NCBI GenBank assembly: GCA_030390025.1
Contig: CM059433.1
Location: 19,346,001-19,410,000 of the forward strand
Origin: Squalus acanthias
Lineage: Eukaryota
Length of the DNA stretch: 64,000 nucleotides
Reading direction: 5' to 3'
The stretch's first letter is position 1. Every line of letters begins with the position of its first letter. A program made the translations under genes and the position numbers. Shown here piece after piece: positions 13,556 to 25,623 of the stretch. Under the pieces are notes generated by a model. That model worked only from the letters and a program-made list of their open reading frames with translations, was not told the origin of the DNA and ran no database searches.

Positions 13556-15781
13556 AATACCTGTGTGTTCATTGAGGGGCTGTCAAGTAATGTTAAGTCC
13601 AGCTCCGTTGTAATCAATTCATCATGAAACATTACATTTATAGTGTAATACTGTTAAAACCTTGAGATTATTTGCTGTTTTTAATATATAATGATTGGAG
13701 TTGGCAAATAAACTATTAATTTTTTACACTTTTTTCCAGTGGCATTTAACATGAAACAACAATTCCAAATGATTAACCTCTAACCTGCGCAGTTTGCAGC
13801 TTCACTGGCTAAAACTATATCCAGAAGAAATACATTACAGGTAATGGAAAAGTATAAAACTAATTACTGTTTAGTGAAAAACCTACTGCATGAAGAAAAT
13901 CTGATGGCAACTGCTAATTAAAGTCATAAAATTTTATTTTTTGGTTATATTTACATTCACTTTGATCACCATGCAATTAAAAACTTGATCATTCACATTC
14001 AAACTTCACCTTCAAAGAATACTCCAAGGAACTGTTTAGTTGTCAGAAAAAACAAACAGTAATTCTGAATTCAAAACAGTTACCAACCTACTTCTGATTT
14101 AAATTGGAACAATTCTTCCTACTGCTCAGGATTACCATCTTCCACCCCAATATTGGTCACCCACACTCATAACGCACACATTTCTGCCTCCTCTCCCTTC
14201 TGTAGCAACACACTGATGCAGCAGGTTTTTATGCCAAGTACAGCAACAGGGTTTTAAATTATAATTTCATATTTACACAATTTCAAAGAGTGTTTTTTGC
14301 TCACAATTTAAAGGCTGGTATAGTATAACCTTCCAATAGCCCAACCTTGATTTCTCGTGCGGTACAATAAGAGATAGAAGGAACAGCACTGAATCTGGGC
14401 ACAGGCAGCTGATAATGGCAACGGAATGGGCAGGAGTTCAGGGTGGAGGAACAAAGGACAAATGCGGTCTGTCAAATATGGGTGAAGGTAAATAGGGCTA
14501 CAGTTTATAGGTATTACAGCACAACTGTGAGGTGAAGCACCCTAGCTACCATGATGGCATGGCGCATGATGTAATTTAAATATTACATTTTAAAAATAAA
14601 ATTAGTTTGAAAGATTGAGAAAAGACTGAGTAGAGTTGTCATTTGGAGATACCTACAGTTTTTCAAATTAGTTGTTAGAACACTACTGCTTCTCAGTATC
14701 CCATGATAAAGATGGAAAAAGTGTAAAACAATAGACAGGGTGCTTGCTCCCAATTGCTATACAGTGACCTCTACTGGAAAGTGCTTGAGTAGGCACCAGA
14801 CCAGGCGCTTTACTCTTTGCTGGGCTGTTGGATAAAGTCAGCATATTATCCTACAGCTCTGACACCTATTTGGAGATCCCCAAACTGTCCTAAACAACTT
14901 CCAACAAAAGAGAACACAAGAAGAGCCAAAAGGCTTCTCAGGCATATCTGGCAGAGAAGTAAAGCGTTATCACTGAATTACTAACAAAAGGGAAACTACA
15001 AGACTGCTATCCTAAGCTTGGCTGACTAAATTAGGTATTTTTAAAATTTATATTTTCTGAATTGCTTCATTAGAAGCATTTTAATCTCTTTTTTGATTGG
15101 TCTGTCAGCTGATTTTCACTGCTGAGGTTTGTACTCCCCACCCACCCCCCTCCTCCAAATAAAATATTTTGATTTTGAATTCCTGATCAGTACTCTGGAG
15201 TATCCTTTAAAATCAAGCCTTACAAACACAGTGTACACTTACTTTATAAGACACCTATAATATAAAATAAACTGTTAGAATGTTGGAGGGGAACCATAAA
15301 AGCAATTATCTGGTCCTGAAATGTGAATGTTATATGTTGAGTAAATACCAAATCTTCCTGGCCCAATAATTCTCATTACAGTGCCCCTTAAAGTATCAGT
15401 GAATACTGTTGTGCTAAATTTATCAACTTCAGAACTTGTCTGTATTAAGCAATTACAAGAAAAAAAAGCAAGTGACTTCCTTCTATAAAAACATTAAAAT
15501 AAACATCATAGAACTAAAACAATCTGCTCTTTTTCAGGTTGACAATACAAATCACGGTGAGACTTTTTATGTTTTCAGCTTTGCATCGGCAAAGGTTTGG
15601 GAGTAGGTCATCCACCTTGCGATAGAGTAAAGAATTAGTTCTAATCAGACAGATATAACTATAGTCCAGCTGAAGCAATCTCCACTATTTGGCTAGCAGA
15701 TTTTACCACCTTGTAGTAATAATGGCATAAAGAGAAGCAATTTTATTGCTTTGAGGAAGTATAATCAAACCAATCACATAC

Positions 15782-17164
15782 TTCGACTGGATGTATTAAG
15801 ATGATTATCTTCCACTTCGCTGCCAATGCTTTGTAATCTTGAGAGGTCCTTAGATAATTTGTCCTCTTGGTTGCACTGCTTTTTTTCCATTTCATTTTGC
15901 TCCTCATTCAACTGATCAGTGAGCTTTATAGAATTCATAGAGTTGACTTTTGTTTCAGTGTGTAAATTTGATGAAGGTTCTATTCCTTTACTGTGGCCAC
16001 AAAGATAAGTCAGTGTCGAGTCATTTGAAAGTAAATCCAGCTTTCTTTCTTCATTACTCTTGTGCAGATGTGGTACGTTTTTTTCAGACAGTTTATTATT
16101 TGACAATTCCTCCGATTCATCAAGAAAATGTTGAAGTAGTTGTTTTCTATGAGATTTCCTTTGGTTATGAGTTGCAGCAGCTGATGGCTGATGTGCAATA
16201 TTGTTTTTATCATGGTTATTTTTGCCAACCAGTACAACTGCATTCAAAGGTTCATTATTGTTAGTGCTGGCAGTGGGCTGCTCAGCAGTACTGAGATTTG
16301 CAATGCCTCTCGCTCTTTTTGTTCTATCTATAGAATTTTGTTGATTCATTTCTTGTGATTTTCTCTTCTGCTTAACACTTCCAAAAATTATTCGAGGTGG
16401 ACTTGGTGATTCAGGTGGAAGCACACCTAACGACGTTTTCAGCTTATTTTGACCTTTCAAATTGACAGGAGAAAAGAAATCCTCATACACCAGCATTTCC
16501 TCTTTAATAGGCTCATCGTCAGAGATACTGCTTGGAAAATCTCTTGCTTTAAAGGAATCATTTCTAGTTGGTTTTAAGTAAACAAACTGGTCTTTACATA
16601 ATTTTCCATTTTTCTTTGAGCTATTCTGATTTTTCTTACTTACAGAGGAAACATTTGGTTTCAGAGGTGAAGCATTATTTTCATAATGTGCACTAGATAT
16701 GGAGCCTGTTTCTGCAAGATCGCATTCTTTAGCAGTGCTGGTTGCCTGTGCTGGAGGTGGTAATTTTATATTTGTGTTGCTAATAGTATTACAAGGTTTA
16801 AGGTCTTCTGTTGCATTGTTCAAAGTTTCTACACCTTCTCCTTCAGAATACTTGTCTTTCCTTTTCACATTACATGAGCTTGTTGATGCTCCATCATCAT
16901 GAAGTGAAGCCAGAGTACGCCCTTTCTTTAGAAAATGTAGTTTTATTTTAGGGACTGTTTTCTTACTTCTTTGCAGTGAGGTTTTGTTGATCAAATCATT
17001 GTTAGAGGAGAACAAATGTATACTCTCAACACAAGACTCAGGCCTGGAATGTTGATCCATTTGTCCTTCATAAGCATCTCTTAAAGGTGGAGTCTTGCTT
17101 TTGTGAACAAAGCTTCCACAAGGATCATTAATCGATACACCTTCTGAATCAATTACATGCTCTT
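15782..17164 (-). CDS. MCPH1: Microcephalin large central exon (exon 8 equivalent)
   Basis: 1383-nt open exon containing the 428-aa ORF. Acceptor ttttattacag|, donor A|gtatgt. Contains YEDFFSPVNLK (human YEDYFSPDNLK). Phase 1 to 1. Confidence 0.92.
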
Positions 17165-17849
17165 CTGTAATAAAATAAAGAAGATTATTCTTATATACAC
17201 TAAGTTACACCACAAAAATACACAAGAAGAAAAAGATTAAGAAATAAAGATACACTATTGTACTACTTACTATATAAAGGCAACACAAGAAAAAGTAGGA
17301 AAAACAAAACAATTACAATGAACTATGAATGCACCCCAGGTGATATTGGTCCGATATACATAAATTACCTAGAATCAGTCTAAATGCAAAGTAGTTAAAT
17401 TAACAGATGACACCAAGCTTGGGCTGGGGGGGGAAGGGGGCAGGGATTGTGGACTCAGAGGAGGCAGCTAAGACCTTACAGGGGCTTAACATAACAGAGC
17501 ACCCTCATTTCATAAACCGGCAACTGAAATATCACACATGCTACGTTCACTCAAGTTCTCATCTCTTTACATAAGGCAGAATGAAAAGCATGCTATTGAC
17601 ACCAGCACACTTAAAAGCAACTGCAGTCTTAGTTTACACAATATACATGAATGAACAGCTGAGTGTAATCAATTTCCCTACACTTTCCAACTCTTTAACA
17701 TTGACTCATCTTCTCTAGCTAAACTTCTGAAGCTAGCTGGTCTAGACTTTAAAAAAAAATAATAGACAAGCTTCTCTGCTACTATGAGGTGGTGTGTGTG
17801 GGGGGGGTGGGTGTGCGGGTATGCGGTGTGTGTGTGAAAAAGCAGATCT

Positions 17850-18600
17850 TAGAGACATAGGGCATGGCTAAGTACTAAATGAGTACTTAGCATCCGTCTA
17901 CACTAGAGAAGAGGATGCTGCCAATGTAGCAGTAAAGGAGGAGGCAGTAGTGATATTGGAGGGTAAAAATAAAGGAGGTACTTAAAAGGTTTATTTCTTT
18001 GTATAGGGGGTTTGGGGAAGGTAAGAGGACAATCCAATCTTATACAGCAGATATGGAAAAAGAAAAAAGTTAAATGTTGCATTATGCAGCAGGTAAAAAA
18101 AATCCATTATGCAGCAGGAAAAACAATCAAACTGCATAGATTTGTTTTCACAAACTACTGTGTGTGTGTTGGAATTCTGAAAAAAAGATTTCAATGCTTC
18201 CAGAAGTTTAATAATATTGAAAGGAGCAGAGAACATCAACAAGGTGATTTTGGAATTTGGGGCTCTAAGTTATGAGAACAAACTTGCAGACTGAAGTTGT
18301 TTTTGTTGGAGAAAATAAAATTGAATGGAAATATGATCTAGGTCTTTAAAATGCTAAGAGACACAGATGATATAGATCAGGCTATCTGACCTAAACCATG
18401 AGCACAGAACTAAAGGATGCAAGTTCAAAATTAACAAGACTCAAGCGAGACTAGAGATGAGAGGAATTTCCCCCTCACAAAGTGGTGAAAATATGCAACA
18501 GGAACCCTTCAAAAGCAGTTGATAGAATATTGAAAAATTCCTTCAGAAAGAGAGTTGGAACTGGGTTTGGGTATTAAAAGAATAAGCACAGACTGAGATT
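17850..18600 (+). mobile_element. Degenerate CR1 fragments
   Basis: 17850-17990 is similar to 28260-28400; decayed RT C-terminus at 18180-18600. Confidence 0.6.
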
Positions 18601-18888
18601 GTCAAAATACTTCATGGGACACGGTTCTTTTACTGCTAACATCTGGTCAGTAAGGAATTGTCATCTTTGAAAGACAACCAGTTAGGCATGAATAATGACA
18701 TTCCAAAGGTTGCTTGATTAACTTTGGGGAGAAAGTGTGTGAATCTTCCGTCAGAAGATTTAAAAAGGGGAGAAGATTCCTTGAAAGGATTGGTTGCACG
18801 ACGTATGTGTAAGCAGCATATTATATGGGTTGAATGGCTTTACCCTTGTTCCATGCTTTATGTTTCTTGCATTGTTTTTATACAAGTA

Positions 18889-21616
18889 GGCCGCAAAATT
18901 CGGCTCCGTAGCGCGCATTGTTTGGGAGCTAAGAGTGCCGTTTTGGTTCCAAAATGGTGTCCTCACTGCGTGCACACACTCGTGGAGCAGGCCGCATCGG
19001 ACGCCATCTTGGGTAGGGCGTTAGCGCGGGCGCAGTGAGCGTGCACCGGAAGTATGCAGATTGTGACGTCAATCATTGTGTAACACTAATTTGACGCCAG
19101 CGCGGCCATTCTGGAGCTCAACGCTCCAGCTAATGCCCTCTCTGAAGCCCACACAGCTGAACACGCGTTTAGCAGCAGGAAGGACCCCACACCAGCGCTA
19201 TTAAAAGAGATCAGCAACTACTTGCAGGTTAGTTGCTGATTGATTTCTACAGGCTCTTGCTACTTTTATAGAAATGTTTGGTGGTTTCTAGAGTTATTTT
19301 AAGTTGCTAAAGTCAACAGGGAGTGGTGTGGCAGGTACTGAAGGACTTTGTCCTGACTTCAAGGGTCTGCACAGACCACCTGCTGCCAGACATGGGTGCA
19401 CTAGTAAGCATTTCCCTTGAAGTCAATGGAAATCAGGGGAAAACTCTCCACTGGCTGGAGTCATATCGAGCACAAAGGAAGATGGTTGTGGTTGTTCAAG
19501 GCCAATCATCTCAACCCTCGGACATCGTTGCAGGAGTTCCTCAGGGCAGTCACCTCGGCCCAACCATCTTCAACCGCTTCATCAATGACTTTCCCTCCAT
19601 AACGTCAGAAGTGGGGATGTTCGCTGATGATTGCACAGTGCTCCGTACCATTCGCAACGGACATCAACTAACCACCTTTGTGCATTCCCTTAGTGCCTGT
19701 CTTGCGTGTGCCTCTGCCTGTCCTACTTCTCCTACGCAGTGCTCACAGTGCTATCCCAGTGGCTGCAGCATGGCTGGTGGAAGGCTGCTGACTATCAGTG
19801 GGAGTGACTGCAGATGGCCCTGGAGAGCGATCTCGAGCAGCTCTAGGCCTAGAAGGCCCGGATTCCAACTGCACCATCTCAGCATGGGCAGCAGCAGACT
19901 GGGCTGGCCGGCTGACAGGCAACAGCAAGGGCACTGGTGGAGTGGGAGTGCGAATCCCGTCATCCTGAGAGAGGACAGCAGGTTTGTGCTCCACGGAACC
20001 ACTGCCACACCCCTGGGGCGGCGCCTCAGCAATCCTAGTAATCTGTTGGAGGACCGATTGCTGGACTGCTATGACACCCTGCAAGTTGATGCTCGACTCC
20101 TCTATGCTCGACTTTGCACGCAGGCTTTCTGGCAGGCCTGCCAATGCACCAAGCATTTCATTGTGCATAACCATCAGCCTTCTTCTGTAGCCTGCACCAT
20201 CGAAGTGCTCATCTGAGTCCTCTGCAGCAGAACTCGTGTGTGACCTTGCCCTCCGGGGAGCTGGCACCTGTGCTACCCTTACCCCCTGCCCTGGCTGCAG
20301 GCCACTCATGCACAGTGTCTCATCACGTGTAGATCCCACGTCTAAGCTATCCTCTAAATTACATGGAGTGTGAGTATCTGAGCTGGTGGCTGCGAGTGTG
20401 AAATTGAGTGATGATGCTGTGTCTTCATCATCATTGCCTTCCTCCTCTTCTGTTCCTCTTCCAGCACTGCCTGGCCAGGTTGCAGTTCTTGGGTATCTGA
20501 AAGGAGAAAGGCACAAAGGTAGAGTTCAATGCGGGGAGCGGGGAAAGTAACAAGTGAATGCTTACACTATCTGCAGCTTTTAAATCAAAAGACATTGAGG
20601 GATGAGGAGGAAGTGGGATGTCAGAAGGAGGATTAAGTATGAGGATACCGCCATCTTCGACGGTTTCAGCCCCGCCGCTGGCCACAGGCTCAATGATGGC
20701 AACCACTGTCTCGTCCATCGGGGTAAGGTCATGCAGGCACGTCTGTCTCCCGCTGGTTAGATCCTGCTGCCTCCGGTTATGCGCCAACTTGTCCTATAAG
20801 AGAGAGGGAAGTGTTTCAGTGAGTGTGGTGCAATCTGTTTGGCTGATGCGCCTGTTGACTAGCTGGTAGTGTGTGCAAGCTATGAGATGTGGGTGTGAGG
20901 CTTGCAGCAGTGGTAAATGAGTGAGGGTGAGGTGAAGCTATGAATGTGAAGTGTGAGTCGTGATTGATAGAGATTGTTGGTAGGTGAGTGATGGGGGTGT
21001 GGTGCACTGAGCAGTGCGTGAGGCTAGTGGTGCAGTTGGTGGGATATGGCATTTGAAGATGAATTCACTGACCTTAACCACTCGTGTGAGGTCACTGAAC
21101 TTGTTGTAGCACTGCATCCAGATCCTTGGGGCTAGACTCCTGGCATTGACCGACACGGTTATCTGCTCCCACTGCCTTCACATGGATAGATGGCCTCTTG
21201 CCTCCTGTCCACCTCCTCCACCAAGGCCTCCAGTGCAATGTTTGAGAACCTTGGGACATGCTCTCTCCCCTGTTGCGCCATTGTTCAGTTTTCTTCTTGC
21301 TCAGAGTCTCCTCCACAAAGAGTTCCAGCTCCCGCTCCAGCCACAATGCACCTCCCCTTTAAGTGGTGCAGGGTGGCTTTAAGTAGTGCAGGTTAGCTTT
21401 AAGTGGTGCTAGCCTCGCACAAACATGGGCCCCTTGCTGAGGCTAAACACACTGTTGGAATGGCTGCATGCGCCAATCATTTAAATTAGCAGGTAGCACG
21501 AAGTTTGCATGCTGCCTGCATCAGAAGCAACGTGCATAGTTAATCGAAAAATTGCAACGTTAATCGTGCATCGCGATCCCTGCGTCAGTTTTCGGAGGCT
21601 ATCGAATTTAACCCCC
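18889..21616. mobile_element. Internally deleted PIF/Harbinger transposon with a Myb/SANT-like gene remnant on the minus strand (~19740-21290)
   Basis: Imperfect TIRs GGCCGCAAAATTCG / CGAATTTAACCCCC; 3-bp TSD GTA. Peptides ALEALVEEVDRRQE and VNARSLAPRIWMQCYNKFSDLTRVVK are typical of the Harbinger Myb/trihelix protein. A LINE fragment is inserted at ~19415-19656. Confidence 0.8.
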
Positions 21617-21979
21617 GTAATTTTCAGGCATTCAGCAGAACATAATAAATATAGTAAAGCATGTTAAAGGTATTAGAAGCCCCTTATTCTGTTAAAGTTG
21701 TGACATGTTCTGGCTTCAGTGCAATTAGGTGTTAGGAATGTTCTGCGAATAGATTAAACAAAATAGTCAGATGCAAGATTATTGCAGGACGTGACTGTGC
21801 AAGTGGAGCTCAGATTATTCATAACTGAAAAATCAGTCAAGTTTCCAACTATCTTCTGCTTCGATAAATTTTGCAATCTCTCTGTATCTTAGACTATTCC
21901 GTAGATTTAAAAAAACATTCTTACTACACAAAATCAACTTCTCAGGCTACAAATGTATAATGTTATTTCTTACTATAAC

Positions 21980-24890
21980 TGAGGGAACGGTAACGTAGTG
22001 GTAATGTCACTGGGCTAGTAAGCCAGAGGCCTGGACTAATGATCCAGAGATGTGGCAGCTGGGGAATTTAAATTCAGTTAATTAAATAAATCTGGAATAA
22101 TTACCAGTATCAGTAATGATAACCTTGAAACTATCGGATTGTCGTAAAAACCCATCTGCTTCACTAATGTCCTTTAGGGAAGGAAATCTGCCGTCCTTAC
22201 CTGGTCTGGCCTATATGTGACTCCAGACCCACAGCAATGTGGTTCACTCTTAACTGCCCTCTGAAATGGCCTAGCAAGTCACTCAGTTGTAACTAACCGC
22301 TACGAAAAACAATAAAAAGAATGAAACCGGGTGGACCACCCGGCATCAACCTCGTCACTGGTTACGGACACGGCAACGACATACCAGTCGACCCTGCAAA
22401 GTCCTCCTCACCAACATCTGGGGACTTGTGCCAAAATTGGGAGAGCTGTCCCACAGACTAGTCAAGCAACAGCCTGACATAATCATACTCTCAGAATCAT
22501 ACCTTTCAGCCAATGTCCCAAACTCCTCCATCACCATCCCTGATTATGTCCTGTCCTACTGGCAGGACAGACCCACCAGGGGTGGCGGCACAGTGGTATA
22601 CAGTCGGGAAGGAGTGGCCCTGGGAGTACTCAACATTGACTCCGGATCCCATGAAGTCTCATGGCCTCAGGTCAAGCATGGGCAAGGAAACCTCCTGCTG
22701 ATTACCACCTACCACCCACCCTCAGCTGATGAATCAGCACTCCTCCATGTTGAACACCACTTGGAAGAAGCATGGAGAGCAGCAAGGGCACAGAATGTAC
22801 TCTGGGTGGGGGACTTCAATGTCCATCACCAGAATTGTATTCCACCACAATCTGTAACCTCATGGCCTGGCATATCCCTCACTCTACCATTACCATCAAG
22901 CCAGGGGACCAACCCTGGTTCCATAAGGAGTGTAGAAGAGCTTGCCAGGAGCCGCACCTAAAAATGAGGTGCCAACCTGGGGAAGCTGCAACACAGGACT
23001 ACATGCATGCTAAAAAGTGGAAGCAGCATGCTATAGACAGGGCTAAGCGATCCCACAATCAACGGATCAGATCAAAGCTCTGCAGTCCTGCCACATCCAG
23101 TCGTGAATGGTGGTGGACCATTAAACAACTAACGGGAGGAGGAGGCTCCATGAATATCCCCATCCTCAATGATGGTGGAGCCCAGCAAGTAAGTGCAAAA
23201 GACAAGGATGAAGCGTTTGCAATCCATCTTCAGCCAGAAGTGCCGAGTGGATGATCCATATCGGCCTCCTCCTGAGGTCCCCACCGTCACAGAAGCCAGT
23301 CTTCAGCCAATTCGATTCACTCCACGTGATATCAAGAAACAGCTGAGCGCACTGGATACAGCAAAGGCTATGGGCCCTGGCAACATTCCGGCTATCGTGC
23401 TGAAGACTTGTGCTCCAGAGCTAGCCGCGCCTCTAGCCAAGCTGTTCTAGTACAGCTACAACACTGGCATCTATCCGACAATGTGAAAAACTGCCCAGGT
23501 ATGTCCTGTCCACAAAAAGCAGGACAATTACCGCCCAATCAGTCTACTCTCAATGATCAGCAAAGTGATGGAAGGTGTCATCGACAGTGCTATCAAGCGG
23601 CACTTACTCACCAATAACCTGCTCACTGATGCCCAATTTGGGTTCCGCCAAGACCACTCGGCTCCCGACCTCATTACAGCCTTGGTCCAAACATGGACAA
23701 AGGAGCTGAATTCCAGAGGCGAGGTGAGAGTGACTGCCCTTGACATCAAGGCAGCATTTGACCGAGTGTGGCATGAAGGAGCCCTATTAAAACTGAAGTC
23801 AATGGGAATCGGGGGAAAACTCTCCACTAGCTGGAGTCATACCTAGCACAAAGGAAGATGGTTGTGGTGATTGAAGGTCAATGATCACAGCCCGAGGACA
23901 TCGCTGAAGGAGTTCCTCAGGGCAATGTCCTAGGCCCAACCATCTTCAGCTGCTTCATCAATGACCTTCCCTCCAACATAAGGTCAGAAATGGGGATGTT
24001 CGCTGATGACTGCAGTGTTCAGTGCCATTCACAACTCCTCAGATAATGAAGCAGTCCATGCCCGCATGCAACAAGACCTGGACGACGTTCAGGCTTGGGC
24101 TGATAAGTGGCAGGTAACATTCGTGCCACAGAAGTGCCAGGCAATGTATCTCCAACAAGCAGGAGCCTAACCACCACCCCTTGACATTCAATGGCATTAC
24201 CATTGCCGAATCCCCCACCATCAACATCCTGGGGGTCACCATTGACCAGAAACTTAACTGGACCAGCCACATAAATACTGTGGCAACAAGAGCAGGTCAG
24301 AGGCTAGGTATTCTGCAGCAAGTGTCTCACTTCCTGACTCCCCAAAGCCTTTCTACCATCTACAAGGCACAAGTAAGGTGTGTGATGGAATACTCTCCAC
24401 TTGCCTGGATGAGTGCAGCTTCAACAACACTCAAGAAGCTCGACACCATCCAGGACAAAGCAGCCCGCTTGATTGGAACCCCATCTACCACCTTAAACAT
24501 TCACTCCTCCACCACCGGCGTACCGTGGCTGCAGTGTGTACCATCTACAAGATGCACTACAGCAACTCGCCAAGACTTCTTCGGCAGCACCTTCCAAACC
24601 CGCAACCTCTTCCACCTACAAGGACAGGGCAGCAGGTGCATGGGAACACCACCACCTCCAAGTTCCCCTCCAAGTCACACACCATCCTGACTTAGAAGTG
24701 TAACACCAATCCTTCATCGTTGCTGGGTCAAAATCCTAGAACTCCCTAACAGCACTGTGGGAGTACCTTCACCACACAGACTGCAGCGGTTCAAGAAGGC
24801 AGCTCACCACCACCTTCTTAAGGGCAATTAGGGATAGGCAATAAATGCTGGCCTTGCCAGTGACGCCCACATCCCATAAAAACGAATTAA
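21980..24890 (+). mobile_element. Non-LTR retrotransposon (CR1/L2/Jockey group), APE-RT pseudogene with tRNA-SINE-like 5' head
   Basis: APE motifs (PDIIILSESYL, VGDFNVHH), RT motifs (ALDIKAAFDRVWH, GVPQG, MFADD); frameshifts and an internal deletion. The 3' tail recurs at ~51075-51275. Confidence 0.88.
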
Positions 24891-25623
24891 AACTGTTTTT
24901 TAAATTACCTTATTTTTATTTTATGTCTTTTCTTCGATTTACCCCTGCTTATTTTTCTCTTTCTCAACCAGAATGCTCTTTCTTGGCTTATTTTCTCTCT
25001 TCCCTCCAACTTGATTCCCTCCTTTCAGACTTGTTTTCTGTCTCGAGTCTTACCCCTTGCTTATTCCATTTCTGCCCTCCCCCATCCATTCAGACTTCTC
25101 TACTTGCATGTCTAAGGCAGGACAGATGGGTGGCACAAAAATAATTCAGTAAACAATGCAGGAGGCAAAATAAAATGCAACATAATGTCTTTATAGCAAA
25201 TCTTTCCCACAGCTGCATTCTGGGCTTTTTCCATAGCCCTGGAAAATTTCTCAATAATTAGGTCAATGTACAAACAAATTAACATCGTGCAAACAATGCA
25301 TTACACAAACTGAGGAAATTCATATTTGGGTCACTCTCTGTTACAAGTGCACTGAAGAAGCTCTCCAGAGGTCTATAATTAATCTGAACTGAAGGAAATA
25401 ATAAATCAATTATTACTTGAACAGCTGTTATTAATTTACTTAACCGAAGTAAATATCCCAGAGCAGTTTGTATGCTCAAAACTTAGTAGTTTTTGCCACA
25501 AAAATGGTGCTAGAGCAGAGCGTTAACACCAAAATTCAATGGTTATAGGGAATTCAATAGTCAGGGAGACAGTGAGGACTTTCTGCAACTACCGACATGA
25601 GTGTGCTGCCACTTTGACACCAG

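Noticed and set aside
14085..14215. Extra MCPH1 exon between exons 8 and 9
   Set aside because: An acceptor-like site exists, but the required phase hits TAA and there is no homology.
15774..17060. Standalone 428-aa single-exon gene
   Set aside because: The frame is open upstream of the ATG to a splice acceptor at 17164 and splices in phase with MCPH1 exons.
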